Shown here: one piece after another, positions 31,055 to 32,021 of the stretch
How positions within the stretch are numbered: the stretch's first letter is position 1
How the letters are laid out: each line of letters opens with the position of its first letter
Origin: Flavobacteriales bacterium
Lineage (GTDB): Bacteria; Bacteroidota; Bacteroidia; Flavobacteriales; Flavobacteriaceae
Length of the DNA: 32,021 bases
Direction of reading: 5' to 3'
Assembly: GCA_026983815.1 (NCBI GenBank)
Contig: JALSTJ010000415.1
Span: 1-32,021, forward strand
Notes under the pieces: model-generated
Database searches by the model: none
Told to the model about the DNA's origin: nothing
Seen by the model: the letters and a program-made list of their open reading frames with translations, nothing else
Program-made: the position numbers and the translations under genes

Positions 31055-32021
31055 TCATTTGACCGGATATCTCCATCCAAAGAGATCTTTGCCCCGATTG
31101 TATTGAATATCCATAATCCATTTTTTAAATCGATTGGCATAACTATCATCAAGTTTAGGTAAATCCTTATAAAAATCTTTATATTTTACTCCAACAATCG
31201 GAAGCACCGTAGCAGCTGTTCCCGCACCGAAAATTTCTTTCAATTCACCTTTTTGAGCTGCATCTATGATTTCAGCGACTTCAACCGGTCTTACTTCGTG
31301 GTCAATGTCATAATATTCAGCTAATTCCAAAATACTTTTTCTTGTAATGCCGGGTAAAATTCGTGAACTGGTAGTAGGAGCAGTCAATAATTTATCACCT
31401 ATACGGAAAAACATATTCATAGTTCCCGCTTCTTCCAAATATTTATGTTCTTTGGAATCCGTCCAAATAATTTGTTGAAAACCTTCTTGTTTGGCCAATT
31501 CCGTAGGATAGAATTGTGCAGCGTAATTACCGGCAGCTTTGGCAAACCCAACTCCTCCGTCACAAGCTCTGCTGAATTGATCTTCTATTTTAACTTTTAC
31601 ATCGCCTACATAATATTTTCCGGAAGGCGAGGCAATAATCATAAATCTGTAATCTTTGGAAGGTGATGCGGCGACAGCATTTTCAGTAGCAATATAAACA
31701 GGACGTAAGTATAAAGATTCTCCTTCGCCGGTAGGAATCCAATCTTTGTCCAGCTTTACCAAATTTTTTAGTCCTTCCATAAAATATTCTTCGGGAATTT
31801 CAGGCATTCCCAATCTCTTGGCAGAATTGTTAATCCGTTTAAAATTTTCTTCCGGTCTGAAAAGAAAAGCATTTCCGTTTTTATCTTTATAAGCTTTCAT
31901 GCCTTCAAATACGGCTTGTCCGTAATGAAAAACTTTGGCAGAAGGTTCATAAGGCAGGGCTTGATAAGGTATTATTTGAGGATCCAACCATTTTCCATTT
32001 TTATTGTCAGCCAAAAACATA
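31055..32021 (-). CDS. ilvE: Branched-chain amino acid aminotransferase (class IV PLP enzyme), N-terminus beyond the right edge
   Basis: Conserved motifs include HYGQAVFEGMKAY, LYLRPV, AKAAGNYA and GITR. The leading MF aligns with the internal (D)HMF of ~360-aa IlvE proteins, so roughly 30 codons lie outside the window. Confidence 0.9.
   Translation of the reverse strand, partial: MFLADNKNGKWLDPQIIPYQALPYEPSAKVFHYGQAVFEGMKAYKDKNGNAFLFRPEENFKRINNSAKRLGMPEIPEEYFMEGLKNLVKLDKDWIPTGEGESLYLRPVYIATENAVAASPSKDYRFMIIASPSGKYYVGDVKVKIEDQFSRACDGGVGFAKAAGNYAAQFYPTELAKQEGFQQIIWTDSKEHKYLEEAGTMNMFFRIGDKLLTAPTTSSRILPGITRKSILELAEYYDIDHEVRPVEVAEIIDAAQKGELKEIFGAGTAATVLPIVGVKYKDFYKDLPKLDDSYANRFKKWIMDIQYNRGKDLFGWRYPVK

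Noticed and set aside
1-32021. A search of the whole window for mobile elements, integrases or transposases, tRNA or rRNA genes, toxin-antitoxin pairs, restriction-modification or other defence systems.
   Set aside because: No ORF shows DDE/tyrosine/serine recombinase, Cas, nuclease-helicase or methylase-restriction motifs. No cloverleaf-like GC-rich segment or terminal inverted repeats were seen. The only accessory-looking block is the cell-surface island at 6.5-18.5 kb.

Overview
This is a 32-kb, low-GC (about 30% by eye) chromosomal window from a Bacteroidota, probably Flavobacteriia-like, organism. The lineage call rests on type A and type B T9SS C-terminal sorting domains, a PorP/SprF gene, exact TAnnTTTG -7 promoter boxes 17-24 nt upstream of seven start codons, and no Shine-Dalgarno sequences. 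Most genes are housekeeping: DUF368 fragment, TPR protein, acyl-CoA synthetase, RsmB-type methyltransferase, RNase Y, ZapA, FabG, IlvE and an FtsX-type permease. The accessory part is a minus-strand cell-surface island at about 6.5-18.5 kb. It holds a 2285-aa hyper-acidic protein made of eight ~270-aa tandem modules of thrombospondin-type-3-like Ca-binding loops, ending in a T9SS type B sorting domain. That gene is translationally coupled (TAATG) to a PorP/SprF gene and followed by a TPR/beta-propeller/OmpA protein and a strong terminator. Next comes a separately transcribed 797-809-aa secreted Gly/His/Asn repeat (beta-solenoid-like) protein of unknown function. Other points of interest are a hand-foldable ~200-nt rod-shaped RNA (6S-like) between zapA and rny, and a Crp/Fnr regulator followed by an FNR-box-like palindrome upstream of a TolC-HlyD-ABC-2 permease operon that lacks an ATPase. 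There are also back-to-back divergent -7 boxes in a 36-nt intergenic region. I saw no tRNA, rRNA, CRISPR array, transposase, integrase or recognisable defence gene. All domain calls come from motif recognition by eye; no searches were run.
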